Positions 8,989 through 18,686 of a stretch of 64,000 nt of DNA are shown one piece after another (positions within the stretch are counted from its first letter, which is position 1; each line of letters opens with the position of its first letter). The notes under the pieces are model-generated. The model was not told the DNA's origin, searched no databases, and was given only the letters and a program-made list of their open reading frames with translations. Location of the stretch: contig JAOPTT010000009.1 in NCBI GenBank assembly GCA_051531975.1, positions 416,001 through 480,000 on the forward strand. Reading direction: 5' to 3'. Made by a program: the position numbers and the translations under genes. The DNA comes from Spirochaetaceae bacterium. GTDB taxonomy: Bacteria > Spirochaetota > Spirochaetia > DSM-2461.

Positions 8989-9913
8989 ACTGTTTAGTGC
9001 TTTAGCTTCAATGAAGCTAGCACTTATTTTACTCATCGTAATAGCAGTAATCTCTGGATTATCAACGTTTGTAATCCAGGGTGAAAGTAATGAGTATTAT
9101 ATCGAAAATTATCCTCTTTTGGGATCTCTGTTTATTAAAATTGGATTTACTAATTTTTTTAGATCCATGTTTTTTATAGCACTTATGGGACTGTTTTTTA
9201 TCAATCTTTCAATGTGTACTATTAAAAGATTATATAAAGAAATAACAGGGGCAATTAAATTAAGACTAGGGCCTGATTTTATTCATATCGGATTATTAAT
9301 TCTTATCGTTGGTGGTAGCATTAACGTTCTTTTAGAACAAGAAGCATCTGTTATGTTATCCATTGGAGATGAGATCTCTGTAGGTGATTATATAGTAACA
9401 CTAAATGACTTCGAGTTTCTTAAGTATGAAAATGGTGCCCCAAAAGATTGGATATCTAATTTAACTATAAAAAAAACTGATGGGGAAATCGTTAGGGATA
9501 ACTTTGAAATAGAGGTTAATAAACCAGTTCGATTTAGTGGTTTTAGTATTTTCCAAAGTAGATATAACGTTATTAATTTTGCCCAGTTAGAATCAGAAGA
9601 TAAACAAATTCATATTGTAAAAAGTGGCTACATGTTTGATAGTAGGGGAAAAAGATATATTTTAGACGATGTAGAACCTGGTAAAAGTGCACTTTTTCAA
9701 GTTGTTGATGAGGAAAACCATACTGATTACTACAGGTATAATATTGGAAGTATTTTAGGTGGATTTAAAGTTCTTGATACTTCGAGGGAGTTGTCTTCAG
9801 GGTTATTAATTAAAAGGGAACCGGCATATATTATGAATTATATTGCACTTGTTTTAATGTTAGCTGGTTTTTTAATCGCATATATACAAAAAATTGGAGT
9901 TAAAGAGAAATGA
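8966..9913 (+). CDS. resB: Cytochrome c biogenesis protein ResB/CcsB (System II)
   Basis: LASMKLALILL, F...F..LMGLFFINLSMCT, GPDFIHIGLLILIVG, IEVNKPVRFSGFSIFQS. Confidence 0.88.
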   Translation: MRHKNINRLFSALASMKLALILLIVIAVISGLSTFVIQGESNEYYIENYPLLGSLFIKIGFTNFFRSMFFIALMGLFFINLSMCTIKRLYKEITGAIKLRLGPDFIHIGLLILIVGGSINVLLEQEASVMLSIGDEISVGDYIVTLNDFEFLKYENGAPKDWISNLTIKKTDGEIVRDNFEIEVNKPVRFSGFSIFQSRYNVINFAQLESEDKQIHIVKSGYMFDSRGKRYILDDVEPGKSALFQVVDEENHTDYYRYNIGSILGGFKVLDTSRELSSGLLIKREPAYIMNYIALVLMLAGFLIAYIQKIGVKEK

Positions 9914-10680
9914 TATTACAAATTGCAACAATAATACTTATACCACTAGTAATATTTCAGATGGTTACTGTTTTTAGAGGTAAAACAGAAAAACTAACAA
10001 CACCTATTGTTCTATTATCTGGAGTACTTATTTTAATTACGTTAATAATTCGTTCTTTTCAAATAGGTTTTCCCGCTCTAACAAATACATTTGAAGCACT
10101 GCTATTTTTTGCATGTTCAATACTTATAGTACTAGGGATATATGGAATTAAGTCCAAAGGTAACAATGTTATAAATTTTGGTTCTACTATTGTTGCATTA
10201 ATTTTTCTTTTAATGAGTTCATCCCCATTAACTACTAATGAATTAAATCCTCCAATTCCTGCACTTCAATCAAATTGGTTATTATTACATGTTAGTTTTT
10301 CATTTATTGGGCAAGCTTTTTTTGTAGTATCGTTTATTGCTGCAATTGCATCTTTAGTAAGTAAAACCAAGGTAGAATATTATAGAAAGTTGGTATTAAA
10401 CAGCATTATTATAGGTTATCCAATTTATACAGCCGGAGCTATTATTTTTGGAGCTATATGGGCATCCTACGCATGGGGATCTTTCTGGAGCTGGGACCCT
10501 AAAGAGACTTGGGCACTTATTACATGGTTTGTATATACCATTATATTACATGGTCGAAAAACCAAATATGTCACTGAAGTTCGATTATCCTGGTTATCTA
10601 TTATAGGTTTTGCAGTCTCGTTATTTACGTTTTTTGGGGTAAATTATCTACTGTCTAGTCTACATAGTTATGCTGGTTAA
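9910..10680 (+). CDS. ccsA: Cytochrome c biogenesis heme-attachment protein CcsA/ResC (System II)
   Basis: PALQSNWLLLHV, WWD motif GAIWASYAWGSFWSWDPKETWALITW, terminal SLHSYA. Confidence 0.95.
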   Translation: MILQIATIILIPLVIFQMVTVFRGKTEKLTTPIVLLSGVLILITLIIRSFQIGFPALTNTFEALLFFACSILIVLGIYGIKSKGNNVINFGSTIVALIFLLMSSSPLTTNELNPPIPALQSNWLLLHVSFSFIGQAFFVVSFIAAIASLVSKTKVEYYRKLVLNSIIIGYPIYTAGAIIFGAIWASYAWGSFWSWDPKETWALITWFVYTIILHGRKTKYVTEVRLSWLSIIGFAVSLFTFFGVNYLLSSLHSYAG

Positions 10681-10714
10681 ACTTTAATTTTTAATACAAC
10701 GCAGATTTCATTTT

Positions 10715-10755
10715 AAAAAAAAGAGTCAATGTATAAGCCTATACATTGACTTTTT
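10715..10755 (+). terminator. Intrinsic (probably bidirectional) terminator ending the redox operon
   Basis: Perfect 12-bp stem AGTCAATGTATA (10724-10735)/TATACATTGACT (10740-10751), 4-nt loop, A-tract before and T-tract after. Confidence 0.7.
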
Positions 10756-10797
10756 AATATAGCAACGTTATTCTTGTTATAGGGTAGGGGGGTATAC
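10746..10797 (+). promoter_or_regulatory. sigma70 promoter of csoR-copA plus probable CsoR operator
   Basis: TTGACT (10746-51), 17 bp, TATTCT (10769-74); G-tract site TATAGGGTAGGGGGGTATA just before the csoR start resembles CsoR-family G/C-tract operators. Confidence 0.6.
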
Positions 10798-10800
10798 TAT

Positions 10801-11097
10801 ATGGCAGAGAAAACAGTAATCAGAAAGGCTCATCATACATATAAAGATAAACAAAAAATGATAAATAGAATGAGCCGGATTGAAGGACAGATAAGGGGTA
10901 TATCAAAAATGATAGAAGAAGATGTCTATTGTGACGATATATTGCATCAGTTTAAAAGTGTTGAATCAGCGATTAAAGGTGTTAAATCCCAACTATTAGA
11001 AGCACATATGAAAAGCTGTGTTGTGAATCAGATACAAAATGGAAGAGTTGAAGTTATAGATGAACTTCTAAATACCATTAATCAAATGAGTAAGTAG
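10801..11097 (+). CDS. csoR: Copper-sensing repressor CsoR
   Basis: RMSRIEGQIRGISKMIEEDVYCDDILHQ...LLEAHMKSC: Cys-His-Cys Cu(I) ligands; upstream of copA. Confidence 0.92.
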   Translation: MAEKTVIRKAHHTYKDKQKMINRMSRIEGQIRGISKMIEEDVYCDDILHQFKSVESAIKGVKSQLLEAHMKSCVVNQIQNGRVEVIDELLNTINQMSK

Positions 11098-11108
11098 GTA
11101 GGTAGGAT

Positions 11109-13541
11109 ATGGAAATTATACAACTTAATATACAAGGTATGACCTGTGCATCATGTGTTGCACATGTAGAAAAAGGGATTAAAAAAACTACTGGCATCGA
11201 TATGGCCAGTGTAAATTTAGCTACAGAAAAAGCTACAATTAGCTATGATCCAGATAAAACCAATGTAGACGATATAGTTAAAAGTGTTTTTAATGCTGGT
11301 TATAGTGCCAACATTCCAAATAAAGATAACGAAGACGAAGAAGCAAAAGAAAAAAGTAAACAATTAAAAAGACTAAGAAATCAAACAATAATTTCAGCTT
11401 GTCTGAGTGCACCCTTAGTGTTAGCAATGTTTGCTGGAATATTCAAAATTGAAGCATTAATGTTTTTACATATTCCACTAGTACAGTTTCTTTTAGCAAC
11501 TCCAGTACAGTTCTGGATTGGTGCAAAGTTTTACAAAGGTGGTTGGAAGTCGATTAAAGCAGGTAGTCCTGGGATGGATGTTTTAGTTGCTCTTGGTACG
11601 TCGTCAGCATACTTTTTTAGTATTTTTAACGGCTTTATAGCAAAAAATATAGGTATTGAGACAAATGGGCTCTATTTTGAAGCTTCTGCAATAATTATTA
11701 CTCTAGTTTTATTAGGTAAATATTTAGAGAGTAATGCTAAGGGTAAAACTTCAGAAGCTATTAAAAAGTTGATGGGTCTACAACCTAAATTTGCAAGTAT
11801 TGTAAAAGACGGAGAAGTAATTGAGGTACCAATAGCAGATGTTGTCCCTGGTGATATTGTTTTTATTAAACCTGGGGAGAGAATCCCAGTTGACGGTTTA
11901 GTTACTGATGGTAGTACAGCAATAGATGAGAGTACAATAACAGGTGAAAGTATGCCTGTGGAAAAAAGAGAAGGGGATAAGGTTGTTAGTGGAACTATAA
12001 ATAGTTACGGCTCTATTAAGTTCAAAGCAGAACATGTAGGTAAAGACTCAGTACTTTCTAGAATTATAGCAATTGTAGAAGAAGCTCAAGGTTCTAAAGC
12101 TCCTATTCAGAAACTTGCTGATAAAGTGGCGTCAATTTTTGTTCCTGTTGTATTGATAATTGCTGCAGTTACATTTTTAATATGGTGGTTAATAATAGGT
12201 TCTTTAACAACTGCAATAATATCTGCTGTAGCTGTATTAGTCATCGCTTGTCCATGTGCCTTAGGTCTAGCTACTCCAACAGCAATTATGGTTGGAACTG
12301 GTAAAGGTGCCGAAAGGGGTATACTAATTAAAAATGGCGAGATACTGCAATCTGCTGGTAAGATTACAACAATAATATTGGATAAAACTGGTACAGTAAC
12401 ATTAGGTAAACCAGAAATGCAGGACATATATCCATTAAATGGTAGTCTGGATAAAGATGGTATTTTACAGTTAGCTGGAAGTTTAGAGCAAAACTCTGAA
12501 CACCCTTTAGCAAAAGCAGTTGTAGATGCTGCAAAAGATAAAAAATTAGAATTACAAACTGTAGAGAACTTTATATCAATACCTGGGAAGGGTATTTCCG
12601 CAACCTATCAAAATATAGAATATCTAATTGGAACAGAGAAACTAATGGAAGAAAATAGTATTCCAACCGTTGCCTATATAGAAAAAAAGTCAGAGCTTGA
12701 ATCTATGGGTAATACTGTAGTTATTCTCGCAACTAAAACTGATGTAATAGCACTCATAACTATAGCAGATAGTATAAAAGAGACCTCAAAAGAAGGTGTT
12801 CAGTTATTAGAAGATTTAGGTCTAAATGTATACATGATAACTGGGGACAATAAAAGAACTGCACTATCAATTGCAAAAAAGGCTGGAATAACTAAGGTTT
12901 TAGCAGAAGTTCTACCTGAAGGTAAAGCAAACGAAGTTACTAAACTGCAAGAAAAAGGTGAAGTAGTTGCAATGGTTGGAGATGGTGTTAATGATGCGCC
13001 AGCCTTAGCAGTTGCAAATACTGGAATTGCAATGGGTCACGGTTCAGATATTGCAATGGAGTCTGCAGATATAACATTAATGCGTGGGGACTTAAGGGAG
13101 ATAGCAGCAGCTATTTTGCTCTCTAGAAAAACTATGACTAAAATTAAGCAGAACCTATTTTGGGCATTTTTCTATAACTCCATTGGTATCCCTTTTGCTG
13201 CTTTAGGTTTTTTAAACCCAATAATTGCAGGTGCTGCCATGGCTTTTAGTTCCGTATCTGTTGTTTCTAACTCACTTAGTCTAAGAAATTTTAAAATGAA
13301 AAAGTCGCCGAAACAAGATACTGAGTCTAATAATAACAGTGTAACAATCACAGTAAATGGTATGAGTTGTGGTAAATGTAAAGCAAATGTGGAAAACACA
13401 TCTAAGGCGTTAGATATTGTTAAAGATGCAGTTGTAGACTTAGAAAAAAAAGAGGCTGTTATTACATTTAATGATAATAACGATATGGATATTGATAGAG
13501 TTAAACTAGCAATTAAAGAGGCTGGTTTTAGCCCTGTGTAA
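11109..13541 (+). CDS. copA: Cu(I)-exporting P1B-type ATPase with N- and C-terminal HMA domains
   Basis: GMTCASC, TGES, ACPCALGLATP, DKTGT, SEHPL, GDGVNDAP, YN and MxxSS Cu+ signatures, C-terminal GMSCGKC. Confidence 0.95.
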   Translation: MEIIQLNIQGMTCASCVAHVEKGIKKTTGIDMASVNLATEKATISYDPDKTNVDDIVKSVFNAGYSANIPNKDNEDEEAKEKSKQLKRLRNQTIISACLSAPLVLAMFAGIFKIEALMFLHIPLVQFLLATPVQFWIGAKFYKGGWKSIKAGSPGMDVLVALGTSSAYFFSIFNGFIAKNIGIETNGLYFEASAIIITLVLLGKYLESNAKGKTSEAIKKLMGLQPKFASIVKDGEVIEVPIADVVPGDIVFIKPGERIPVDGLVTDGSTAIDESTITGESMPVEKREGDKVVSGTINSYGSIKFKAEHVGKDSVLSRIIAIVEEAQGSKAPIQKLADKVASIFVPVVLIIAAVTFLIWWLIIGSLTTAIISAVAVLVIACPCALGLATPTAIMVGTGKGAERGILIKNGEILQSAGKITTIILDKTGTVTLGKPEMQDIYPLNGSLDKDGILQLAGSLEQNSEHPLAKAVVDAAKDKKLELQTVENFISIPGKGISATYQNIEYLIGTEKLMEENSIPTVAYIEKKSELESMGNTVVILATKTDVIALITIADSIKETSKEGVQLLEDLGLNVYMITGDNKRTALSIAKKAGITKVLAEVLPEGKANEVTKLQEKGEVVAMVGDGVNDAPALAVANTGIAMGHGSDIAMESADITLMRGDLREIAAAILLSRKTMTKIKQNLFWAFFYNSIGIPFAALGFLNPIIAGAAMAFSSVSVVSNSLSLRNFKMKKSPKQDTESNNNSVTITVNGMSCGKCKANVENTSKALDIVKDAVVDLEKKEAVITFNDNNDMDIDRVKLAIKEAGFSPV

Positions 13542-13554
13542 ATGGGAGTATCAT

Positions 13555-13686
13555 ATGAAAATCTTAAGATTAAATATTAAAAGAAAGTGGCTGAATTATT
13601 TAACTAGATTAGAAAAGGTTAATAAAAAGCTTTATGGATCTGGTAGACTAGAATGCTGTGATTTAAATAAAAAGAGAGAAATATAA
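13555..13686 (+). CDS. Small basic 43-aa protein with LECC motif (LDCC-motif putative metal-binding family); not in ORF track
   Basis: GGGAG SD then MKILRLNIKRKWLNYLTRLEKVNKKLYGSGRLECCDLNKKREI*; directly after copA. Confidence 0.7.
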   Translation: MKILRLNIKRKWLNYLTRLEKVNKKLYGSGRLECCDLNKKREI

Positions 13687-13753
13687 AATACATTAGGTTT
13701 ACATTTCGTTTATATCTAAATGTTATATTAAAATTCTAGATAAGGAGTATAAA

Positions 13754-14005
13754 ATGTATAATTTATTTGGACGATTTTGTAATGGGTTCTCCTGGTTTGG
13801 AAGAACTCCAGTTGGAGGTTATATTATGATGGGTATAGGACTAATTTTAGTAATAGTTTTAATTTATTTTATATTTAAGAATAGGTCTATTTCTAATAAT
13901 TCAGAAGTAGATAGCCCTTTGAATCTTCTTAAAAAAAGGTTCGTAAATGGGGATATTGATGAGGCTGAATATTTAAAGAAAAAAGATATTCTAGAAGGAA
14001 AATAA
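13754..14005 (+). CDS. SHOCT-domain small membrane protein
   Basis: One TM then SPLNLLKKRFVNGDIDEAEYLKKK; AAGGAG SD. Confidence 0.85.
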   Translation: MYNLFGRFCNGFSWFGRTPVGGYIMMGIGLILVIVLIYFIFKNRSISNNSEVDSPLNLLKKRFVNGDIDEAEYLKKKDILEGK

Positions 14006-14013
14006 TAATACAT

Positions 14014-14045
14014 TATCCCCTTTGTAGTAATACTACTGGGGGATA
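14014..14045. terminator. Hairpin between convergent SHOCT and arsJ genes
   Basis: TATCCCC/GGGGATA outer stem with inner GTAGT/ACTAC stem. Confidence 0.55.
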
Positions 14046-14062
14046 GATTTTTATAGGAAGTT

Positions 14063-15259
14063 TTATTTTAATTTTTTTGTTATTAAATAACTAAAAACTA
14101 AGAAGACTCCTGAACCTATAAGTGCCCATAATATTCCACCAAGCTGGTATAATAACCCGGATAGAAGTGTCCCCAATAATCTGCCTGTAGCATTAGCCAT
14201 ATAATAAAATCCTACGTTGGCTGCGGCTTTATCACCCTTTGAATAATCTAGAACTAAAAATGAGTGTATTGATGAATTTAGGGCAAATACAAAACCAAAT
14301 ATAATAAGTCCAATAGTAACAGTGTAAGTCGTAAATATATTAAAACCAAATAGCAGTGTAATAATTATCATTACAGCGGTTAATAGAAGGGAAACAATAG
14401 ATGCAATTTTACCTGTTGGAGCCAAACCTTTTGTCCATTTTCTTAAAATTGAAGGTGCTAAACTTTGTATAATTCCATAACCTATAACCCAACTAGCCAT
14501 AAATGCCCCAACCTGGGAGTGGCTCCATTTAAAATAAACAGAAAAATAGACAGGTAGTGCTACAACAAACCAAATATCCCTAGATGCAAATAGAAATACT
14601 CTAGCACCTGAAAGTAACTTTAATGAGTTTGGTATATCAAATAAACTTTTAAAATTAACCTTACTTTTTGTCTCCCCAATGTTGTTTGGTAGAAATGATA
14701 AAGAAAGAGTTAATACTATTATTATTAACAGACTTAATATCCATAATCCATATTTAAAGCCAACGGTTTGTAGTAAATAACCACCTACAAAAAATCCAAG
14801 ACCTTTTATCGCATTTTTAGATCCGGTTAATATCGATACAAGTTTAAATAATTTAGAGCTTTCATCCTTAGGAACAAGAAACTTAACAGCTGTTTTAGAA
14901 CTCATTTTTGTTAGATCTTTAGACATTCCAGATATAGCCTGAATTATCATAACAAATGGTATTGCTAGGGCTGGTGCCCAGTTACTATTCATAAAGGATA
15001 GAGATATTAATGCAATTGGTTGTATTGCTAATCCTGATATTAAAGTAAATTTAAGTCCTTTTGTTTGGGCCAACCATCCACCTAATAAGTTAGTAATAAT
15101 TCCAAATATTTCATAAAAAAGAAATAGAAATGCCAATGTGACAGGGGAGTACCCAAGGTTGTTAAAATATAGTAGTACTAACATTCGTAGGGCACCATCT
15201 GTTAACATAAACATCCAGTAAGACCCTGTAACTATTCCGTAAGCTCCTAATTTTTTCAT
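14063..15259 (-). CDS. arsJ: Organoarsenical efflux MFS transporter ArsJ
   Basis: [78 protein letters not shown]; coupled to a GAPDH. Confidence 0.93.
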   Translation of the reverse strand: MKKLGAYGIVTGSYWMFMLTDGALRMLVLLYFNNLGYSPVTLAFLFLFYEIFGIITNLLGGWLAQTKGLKFTLISGLAIQPIALISLSFMNSNWAPALAIPFVMIIQAISGMSKDLTKMSSKTAVKFLVPKDESSKLFKLVSILTGSKNAIKGLGFFVGGYLLQTVGFKYGLWILSLLIIIVLTLSLSFLPNNIGETKSKVNFKSLFDIPNSLKLLSGARVFLFASRDIWFVVALPVYFSVYFKWSHSQVGAFMASWVIGYGIIQSLAPSILRKWTKGLAPTGKIASIVSLLLTAVMIIITLLFGFNIFTTYTVTIGLIIFGFVFALNSSIHSFLVLDYSKGDKAAANVGFYYMANATGRLLGTLLSGLLYQLGGILWALIGSGVFLVFSYLITKKLK

Positions 15260-16257
15260 ATAGCCAATGATATTTTAGAGCAAAAGTCAGCCATTCTGTT
15301 TACATACCCAATTTCGTTGTCGTACCAGGCCAAAATCTTAATTTGTGTTTTATTAATAACCATAGTTGACAAGCCATCAATAATAGATGATCTAATATCA
15401 TCTTTATAATCTACCGATACCAACGGTCTATCTTCAAAGCCTAATATATCTTTTAAATATGTGCCCGATGCTTCTTTTAACAGAGCATTAACTTCAGTTA
15501 CATCTGTCTCTCGATTAACCTCAAAAACACAGTCAGTTAAAGATGCGTTTAACATTGGAACTCTAACTGCAAGACCATTTAATTTACCTTCTAGTTCAGG
15601 GTAGATCATGGTAATTGCTGTTGCAGAACCTGTTGTCGTAGGTATTAAAGACAAACTACAAGCTCTAGCTCTTCTTAAATCTTTATGCGGAGCATCAATA
15701 ATTGTTTGAGTATTTGTTATGTCATGAATTGTAGTCATACACCCATGTTTTATCCCTAACTGCTCGTTAATTACTTTAACTACAGGTGCTAAACAGTTTG
15801 TAGTACACGATGCTGATGTTACTAAATTATGTTTAGAAGGATCATATAAATCATCATTAATTCCATATACAACATTTAGTGCTCTACCTTTAACAGGAGC
15901 TGATACTAATACTGTGTTAACCCCATTATCATAATATGGCTGTAGTGATTCTTCATCTTTAAAAACACCACTACATTCAACAACTATATCTATACCTTGC
16001 ACATCAATTTCTGCTGGGGTAGAACAATTACTAAATCGAATATTTTGTCCTTCAACAATTATAGAACCGGAGGATGAAGAAATCTCTTTTTTCCATATTC
16101 CATGGATAGAATCAAACTCCAATAGATGTGCAGCAGTTTCAGCTCCACCTTGTAGTTCGTTTATAGCAACTATATCAAACTCAGGATTATCAAATCCAGC
16201 CCTAAAAAATAGCCTTCCCATTCTTCCAAACCCATTAATAAGTACTTTTTTAGACAT
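15256..16257 (-). CDS. ArsJ-associated glyceraldehyde-3-phosphate dehydrogenase (likely start ATG 16257)
   Basis: [41 protein letters not shown] before MSKKV; 4-bp overlap with arsJ. Confidence 0.92.
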   Translation of the reverse strand: MSKKVLINGFGRMGRLFFRAGFDNPEFDIVAINELQGGAETAAHLLEFDSIHGIWKKEISSSSGSIIVEGQNIRFSNCSTPAEIDVQGIDIVVECSGVFKDEESLQPYYDNGVNTVLVSAPVKGRALNVVYGINDDLYDPSKHNLVTSASCTTNCLAPVVKVINEQLGIKHGCMTTIHDITNTQTIIDAPHKDLRRARACSLSLIPTTTGSATAITMIYPELEGKLNGLAVRVPMLNASLTDCVFEVNRETDVTEVNALLKEASGTYLKDILGFEDRPLVSVDYKDDIRSSIIDGLSTMVINKTQIKILAWYDNEIGYVNRMADFCSKISLAI

Positions 16258-16473
16258 AACAATCCTCCATATATAACTACTTTTACATTTTAACAAATAG
16301 TAATCAATAAATGAAGGAATTGTTAACACAAATCTAACATAACCATATAAAACTACTTAGAAATATATTAGTGAAATTATGATTAGAAGATTGATATTCA
16401 TTAAATCCTACTAAACCAGTATGAATACTTGTAAAATTACTTTCCACGAACTATATTTATTAAGAGGTGTATC

Positions 16474-18549
16474 TTGAAGTCTTTAACCAAAAAAATAATT
16501 TCATTTTTTGCTATCATTGCAATTTTACCAATACTGTTTATTTCAATATTTTCATATGTGATTAATCTAAATCAATTGGACCATCTAATTAAAGAGAATC
16601 TTACATTTGTTGCTGAATCAAAGCAGGTACTGTTAACAAATAAATTAGAGAGTTATTTACGTCTTGCAGAGTTTATTATTAATACAAATGCCCTAAAAGC
16701 TGGAGATGTTAGAGAATCATGGGATACGCTTTATAGATTTCAAAATCAAAATTGGGGACTATTTCATCACATCTTCATTACAGATACTAATGGAGTTGTT
16801 ATAGTCACTCCCGACCATAAAGATAATATTTCGTATGATAGTGATGCTCATAGTGGGCACTTGGGACATAATATATCAAGCAATCCATATTTTAAAAAAT
16901 CCTTACTTGAACCAGTAATAACTGACTTTTTTGGTTTTGAAGAGTCTACTCATTACCATCAACTTTTATTATATCCAGTAAAAAATAATAGGGGGGAGGT
17001 GGTCTCTGTTTTAGTTTTTGAGATTGATATTAATAACCTAATTTCTAATGAAAATAGTGAAGAAACAAATTATTATAAAACTTCATTAGCGTCACTAACA
17101 GGAGAGTTGATTGTAAATAATAAAGAAGATAGAGGAAATATAAAATATGATATAAATAATATTACCGAGTCGATTAACAAACATCATTTTTATACCAGTT
17201 ATACTGATAATACAAACATAGATCAGTTAGCCCTATTACACCATGAAGAAGAATTTCCATGGGTTCTTATTACGGAGATTCCAAAGGATATTGCACATAA
17301 ATCTCTAAACACTAATAGGTTTATGTTACTTACCCAGATTATTCTATTTTTGTTTATAGCTATAGCCATAGTTTTTATGATTAGAAAACTAATTAAAATC
17401 CCATTGGAAAAAGTAACTAATGCGATAAATACATTGTCCGGAGGAGATCTTAAGGAAATTGAACTAAATATAACTAGTAATGACGAATTAGGAATATTAG
17501 CCAATTCATATAATATTTTAAGAAAAAACTTATATAAATTAATTAATAATCTAGATAGTGTCATAATTTCTTCTGTAAGTATTGGGGATACATTAAAGGT
17601 TGCAGGAGACAGTGTTGGAGAAAAAATTAAGAATGCATCAAGTTCTTCTGATGAAATTCATGATAAAATGAGTTCACTAAATGTACAAATAAAAGAGTCT
17701 TCAAATATAATTCAGAAGATATATAAGTCGTCAGTTAATGTATCACAAATTGTTGACGAACAAAGTTGTAGTCTAAAAACCTCTTCAAATGTGGTTGATG
17801 AAATAACAAATTCAATAAAATCCATAGATAAAGTATCAATAGAGAGGCAAAAAGATTCGGTTGAACTAAATTTGAAAGCTGAAAATAGTACCCAGACACT
17901 TAATAGTAGTGTCAAAAATATAAATGCAGTTGCTGATAGTTCTAATGAAATGTTGGATTTTATTTCTGTTATTAATAAAATTTCTAGACAGACTAATTTA
18001 TTATCTATGAATGCTGCAATAGAAGCAGCACATGCTGGGGAGTCTGGTTTAGGGTTCAGTGTTGTTGCTGAAGAGATTAGAAAATTATCAGAGCAAACAT
18101 CAAATAATTCAAAACAAATTAGCATTAAACTTAAGCAGGAGATTAAGGATATTCAAGTATCTGCGGATTTAACAAAAAAGGTTGGATTTATATATTCAGA
18201 TATAGTCAAAGGTATATCTCAAATTACAAAATCATTTGAGGAAGTAAGAAGTGGAGCAAATAGTTTAAATATTAATAGTGACTCTATTGTTGATAATATA
18301 TTAAATATTGTTACACTAAATAGTCAAATAAAAGAAATATCTTCGGATGTGAATATTAATACTGGGATATTAAATACTAATCTAGAAGAGCTAGCAACTA
18401 TTTCCACAGATTCAGAAATTAGTATGGAAAAGTTCAAAGTCACCATGTATGATACCCTTGAGGGTTTGAATACTATAAATTCAGTTATAGATCAAAATAG
18501 TAAAAACATTAAATCTCTTAAAAGTGAAATTAACAGGTTTAAACTTTAA
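16474..18549 (+). CDS. Methyl-accepting chemotaxis protein with dCache-like periplasmic domain and HAMP
   Basis: Two TMs, [50 protein letters not shown]. Confidence 0.92.
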   Translation: MKSLTKKIISFFAIIAILPILFISIFSYVINLNQLDHLIKENLTFVAESKQVLLTNKLESYLRLAEFIINTNALKAGDVRESWDTLYRFQNQNWGLFHHIFITDTNGVVIVTPDHKDNISYDSDAHSGHLGHNISSNPYFKKSLLEPVITDFFGFEESTHYHQLLLYPVKNNRGEVVSVLVFEIDINNLISNENSEETNYYKTSLASLTGELIVNNKEDRGNIKYDINNITESINKHHFYTSYTDNTNIDQLALLHHEEEFPWVLITEIPKDIAHKSLNTNRFMLLTQIILFLFIAIAIVFMIRKLIKIPLEKVTNAINTLSGGDLKEIELNITSNDELGILANSYNILRKNLYKLINNLDSVIISSVSIGDTLKVAGDSVGEKIKNASSSSDEIHDKMSSLNVQIKESSNIIQKIYKSSVNVSQIVDEQSCSLKTSSNVVDEITNSIKSIDKVSIERQKDSVELNLKAENSTQTLNSSVKNINAVADSSNEMLDFISVINKISRQTNLLSMNAAIEAAHAGESGLGFSVVAEEIRKLSEQTSNNSKQISIKLKQEIKDIQVSADLTKKVGFIYSDIVKGISQITKSFEEVRSGANSLNINSDSIVDNILNIVTLNSQIKEISSDVNINTGILNTNLEELATISTDSEISMEKFKVTMYDTLEGLNTINSVIDQNSKNIKSLKSEINRFKL

Positions 18550-18631
18550 TATAATTAACACTATCTATTTTTTATGAAGCCTAGTGGAGATGGTAAAACA
18601 ATCATTCGTTCTCGCAATTGCATATCAAGAT

Positions 18632-18668
18632 TAATATCTATACGGCTGAAAAAGCCATATAGATATTA
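18632..18668. terminator. Hairpin between convergent genes
   Basis: TAATATCTATA/TATAGATATTA plus GGCT/AGCC stem with GAAAA loop. Confidence 0.55.
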
Positions 18669-18686
18669 CTAATGTATACTATAGCT

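Noticed and set aside
16300..16325. Possible ArsR box upstream of gapdh (ATCAATAAATGAAGGAAT)
   Set aside because: Too imperfect, and no arsR nearby
18574..18672. Short ORF MKPSGDGKTII... after the MCP
   Set aside because: No SD, overlaps the terminator-like hairpin, no recognisable motif
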